Below are positions 61,244-64,000 of a stretch of DNA of 64,000 bases, one piece after another; the first letter of the stretch is position 1, and each line of letters opens with the position of its first letter. This DNA is from Naegleria gruberi (taxonomy: Eukaryota). The position numbers were made by a program, and so were the translations under genes. The stretch lies in assembly GCA_000004985.1 (NCBI GenBank), contig GG738850.1. The stretch is one strand, 5' to 3'. The notes below the pieces were generated by a model. The model worked only from the letters and a program-made list of their open reading frames with translations. It was not told the DNA's origin and searched no databases.

Positions 61244-63961
61244 TTAACAAATGAAATTCTTAAAGAAATTGGCTAATTCCTCAGCAAGTGGTCGATCTTC
61301 TGGTTCTTTTGATAACATTCTCATGATAATATCAATGATGTCCTCTCTGATACCTGTGTCTTTCAATTCCTTTCTAATTCTATCAAACACCTTTTCTTCA
61401 CCTTCTCCAAGCAATTGTTGTGTAATTGATGCTTGATTCAAACACTTAAACTTGTCACAAATAATTAAATATAAAGTCACACCAAATGAAAATATATCTG
61501 TTGGATAAGAAGTTTGCTTTCCCAAATATAATTCAGGTGAAACATAATAAAGCGTTCCTGTGAAAGTGTGAGCTGTAGCTGCTTGTTTTGAAACACCAAA
61601 ATCTCCAATGGCAACTGAAATCTTTGAGCTTTCTTCATCAAATTCATCAACCATGATATTATTTGCCTTGATGTCACGATGAATGACTTTTTGATTTCTA
61701 TGTAAATAATCAAGACCTTCACCCACTTGATTAATGATTGAAATTAGTAATTGATCAGAAGGAGGTTTTCCATGTTTAAACAAATGATCCAAATCTCCAC
61801 ATTTGTAATATTTCATTGCAAGACAAATGACTTTTTGCTCACTGGCTTGTAAATATTCATAGGATCTTACAAGATTTGGATGTTGGAAGGACAGACATTT
61901 GGAGAATTCACTGCAAATTGCCATGAAATTGTCTTGTGTGGCTGAAATTGCCTTTACAGCAATCAAATCATTCGTATTGACATCAGCGCACAAATAACAT
62001 ATACCAAATCCACCTCTTCCCAATTCCTTTATAATCTTGTAAGTGTGATCCTTTGAGGAGAAGGTATTGTCATCGTTCTTACTAGATTGTTCGCTACCCT
62101 TACTTGATACAATCGTTGGAGGAGGCATGAATGAATTGTCTTGATTCTGATTCAAAAATGCAGTATACGAAAGCTCTGTATTTTGCATAGAAGATCCATT
62201 ATTACTACTGGTTTGTGTTGACCCGCTCTTTTCATTACTAAGGTAATTGGTATATGAAGGCATTGATGAAAATGTTGATAATTGGCCTTGATTCATAGTA
62301 TTTTCAGAACCGTTACTTGTAAAAGTGACAGTGATTAGCTCTTGATTTTGATTCAACTTGATAGCTTGCTCTTTCTTAGATTGTTCCTCCTTAATCTTTA
62401 CCTGTTCTTCCTTTAATCTTGCTTCTTCTTTCGCCTTTCGTTCCATTTCTTCCTGCTTCCTTGCCTTCTCCTCCCTTAATCTGACTTCATCCTTAATCTT
62501 TCTTTCTTCTTCATCCCTCTTTCTTCTTTCTTTATATTCAAACTCCACATCTTTTCTTATTTTTTCTCTTCGTTTTTCTTCCTCATTCTTTTCTTTTCTT
62601 TCTTCCTGATACTTGGCAAACCTCTTTCTGTACATTGAATTTCCAATATACGCGACAGGAACAAAACAAATAATGATAATGGTCAAAAGACTAAAACCTC
62701 CAATCACCCCACCAATGATAGCAGTCATTTGATTTGATGTACTTTCACCAATAACAGTATCACAATATTGGCCACTGGTGCTAGAATTTCTGCAGGAACA
62801 GATGTTGTTTCCTAGACATTTACCACCACCACTACAAACTGTTGGATCATCTGGAGCTAGGCCTTTACAAGTGAATGTATAATTGCAAAATATGCCAACA
62901 TAACCAACAGTACATGAACACTTATCTTGAGAGAGGCAGGAACCATGGCCAGAGCAAACATTTGCATCCACTGGAATCAATCCACCACAAGTATAATTAT
63001 ATTGACACATGTTTCCAGCATAACCTTGATTACATTTACAGGTGTTGTAAGAAGTGCAATCTCCTTTTCCTGAACAAACACTGGTGTCTTCTGCACTTTT
63101 TTCATAGCAAACCGGTTTACCAATTGATTTGCAAATATTTCCAAATAGAAAGAAACCATTCTCATAATCACAGTATGGTTCAAGAACTCGTATCAAGTAG
63201 TGTTCTGAATCGGTAAAGTATAATTTACCATTTTCACCAACAGTTAGCCCATATGGCTCACCAAGCGTAGCCACAGTGGCATCTGATTGATCTCCATTAA
63301 ATTCAAAATTTGAATTTGCACCACAGCGTCCAGCAATTGTTGAAATAGTTCCATTAACGTCAATCCTTCTAATACAATGATTTCCACTATCTGTGAAATA
63401 AATGAAGGATCCATAATATAAAACATTGGATGGTGAGTTAACTTGAGAAGCATCAACTAAAACACTTGCAACACCATCTTCAATTTGAACAATACGATTA
63501 TTACCCGTATCAGCAATCAAATACTTTGTGTCAGAATAGAAATATAAACCCCTAGGTTCTCTAACTTGCATTGCAAAATTATAGGAAGGATCAGTAACAT
63601 AAAACGTTGCAGAAACATTCATTAAGGTCCCAACAATGGTCACAATTTTGGCTGCATTTAAATTTTGCATATTTCTAATATTTTGCCATTCAGAGTAGTA
63701 CAAATTACTGCCAACCATTGCCAATTTCTTTGGGCTACTCAATTGAGTTGGTAAAGTATTATCAGGACTGCTTGTGTCCATTCCATTGCCAGCAAGAGTT
63801 GAAACAACCCCACTTGTGTACTTTCTAATTCTATTATTCTTGGTGTCTGCAATGTAATAAACTCCTCCCTTAGCTACCCAGACATCACTCGGACTGTCGA
63901 ACAATGCTTCATTTCCATCTCTGAATCCAGACTCCCTATAACTTCCAACCACTAACAACCA
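61244..63961 (-). CDS. Receptor-like Ser/Thr protein kinase, 5'-partial: extracellular NHL repeats, three EGF-like modules, TM helix, K/E-rich coiled coil, C-terminal kinase domain
   Basis: The open frame enters from beyond 63961 with no signal peptide in-window. A candidate acceptor TTAG lies at about 63961. The NHL blades are YYIADTKNNRIRKY, YLIADTGNNRIVQI, IYFTDSGNHCIRRI and LYFTDSEHYLIRVL. The EGF-like modules are CSGKGDC..CKCNQGYAGNMC, CSGHGSC..CSCTVGYVGIFC and CSGGGKC..CSCRN. The TM helix is AIIGGVIGGFSLLTIIIICFVPVAYI. The kinase motifs are GRGGFGICY, VAVKAI, HRDIKANNIMV, GDFGVSK and YYVSPE. Confidence 0.75.
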   Translation of the reverse strand, partial: WLLVVGSYRESGFRDGNEALFDSPSDVWVAKGGVYYIADTKNNRIRKYTSGVVSTLAGNGMDTSSPDNTLPTQLSSPKKLAMVGSNLYYSEWQNIRNMQNLNAAKIVTIVGTLMNVSATFYVTDPSYNFAMQVREPRGLYFYSDTKYLIADTGNNRIVQIEDGVASVLVDASQVNSPSNVLYYGSFIYFTDSGNHCIRRIDVNGTISTIAGRCGANSNFEFNGDQSDATVATLGEPYGLTVGENGKLYFTDSEHYLIRVLEPYCDYENGFFLFGNICKSIGKPVCYEKSAEDTSVCSGKGDCTSYNTCKCNQGYAGNMCQYNYTCGGLIPVDANVCSGHGSCLSQDKCSCTVGYVGIFCNYTFTCKGLAPDDPTVCSGGGKCLGNNICSCRNSSTSGQYCDTVIGESTSNQMTAIIGGVIGGFSLLTIIIICFVPVAYIGNSMYRKRFAKYQEERKEKNEEEKRREKIRKDVEFEYKERRKRDEEERKIKDEVRLREEKARKQEEMERKAKEEARLKEEQVKIKEEQSKKEQAIKLNQNQELITVTFTSNGSENTMNQGQLSTFSSMPSYTNYLSNEKSGSTQTSSNNGSSMQNTELSYTAFLNQNQDNSFMPPPTIVSSKGSEQSSKNDDNTFSSKDHTYKIIKELGRGGFGICYLCADVNTNDLIAVKAISATQDNFMAICSEFSKCLSFQHPNLVRSYEYLQASEQKVICLAMKYYKCGDLDHLFKHGKPPSDQLLISIINQVGEGLDYLHRNQKVIHRDIKANNIMVDEFDEESSKISVAIGDFGVSKQAATAHTFTGTLYYVSPELYLGKQTSYPTDIFSFGVTLYLIICDKFKCLNQASITQQLLGEGEEKVFDRIRKELKDTGIREDIIDIIMRMLSKEPEDRPLAEELANFFKNFIC

Positions 63962-64000
63962 TCAGCACCATCAAGCAATTATTTAAATTAAGAGTTCCTG

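Noticed and set aside
1-64000. Possibility that TAA is reassigned to a sense codon
   Set aside because: TAA cleanly terminates many well-supported genes here (Sec6-like, FKBP15-like, CK1 and others) at positions consistent with homologs. The two in-frame TAAs are better explained as nonsense mutations or sequence errors.
1-64000. Assignment to Dictyostelium discoideum on the basis of poly-Q/N proteins, dispersed tRNAs and tyrosine-recombinase/DIRS association
   Set aside because: Introns and intergenic DNA here are far less AT-extreme than in D. discoideum. The Zn2Cys6 factor also points elsewhere. The lineage is left open between an early-diverging fungus and an amoebozoan-like protist.

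Overview
This window is eukaryotic nuclear DNA, roughly one-third GC and very gene-dense: about 35 protein-coding genes and three tRNA genes in 64 kb. Introns are short (about 44-140 nt) with GTAAGT/GTATGT/GTTAGT donors and (T/C)AG acceptors. Poly-T runs follow the tRNA genes as Pol III terminators. There are no prokaryotic features such as operons or CRISPR.

Two caveats on the ORF track. Many of its 'M' starts are really TTG, GTG or CTG codons, and it cuts spliced genes into pieces. I re-joined several genes by hand from donor/acceptor sites and reading-frame continuity. All splice coordinates are hand-derived and may be off by 1-2 nt.

Genes I can support:
- a 5-exon Sec6/EXOC3-like exocyst gene
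- an FKBP15-like FKBP plus coiled-coil gene (3 exons)
- Skp1
- an ALKBH2/3-type AlkB dioxygenase
- a Zn2Cys6 transcription factor whose zinc cluster is split by an intron
- a PCIF1 (cap m6Am methyltransferase)-like gene
- a TLC-domain membrane protein
- a DUSP12/Yvh1-like gene
- casein kinase I (5 exons)
- an S8 subtilase
- an RGS-domain protein
- RCC1-repeat proteins
- an NHL+EGF+TM+Ser/Thr-kinase receptor, 5'-partial at the window edge
- tRNA-His(GUG), tRNA-Phe(GAA) and tRNA-Ser(AGA)

The most unusual items:
- a 608-aa ORF beside tRNA-His whose N-terminus has the motif order of a tyrosine-recombinase catalytic domain, suggesting a Crypton-like or domesticated recombinase
- a multi-exon gene combining two KCTD/T1-type BTB domains, a central region with a GS...SDIDI nucleotidyltransferase-like motif, and a C-terminal WWE domain, an architecture I do not recognise
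- an IFI6/IFI27-like gene and one of two tandem F-box-like paralogs, each interrupted by an in-frame TAA
- PCIF1-like and Yvh1-like proteins with altered catalytic motifs

The lineage cannot be fixed from sequence alone. The Zn2Cys6 factor, Skp1 and F-box proteins, and short introns are compatible with an AT-rich early-diverging fungus or an amoebozoan-like protist.
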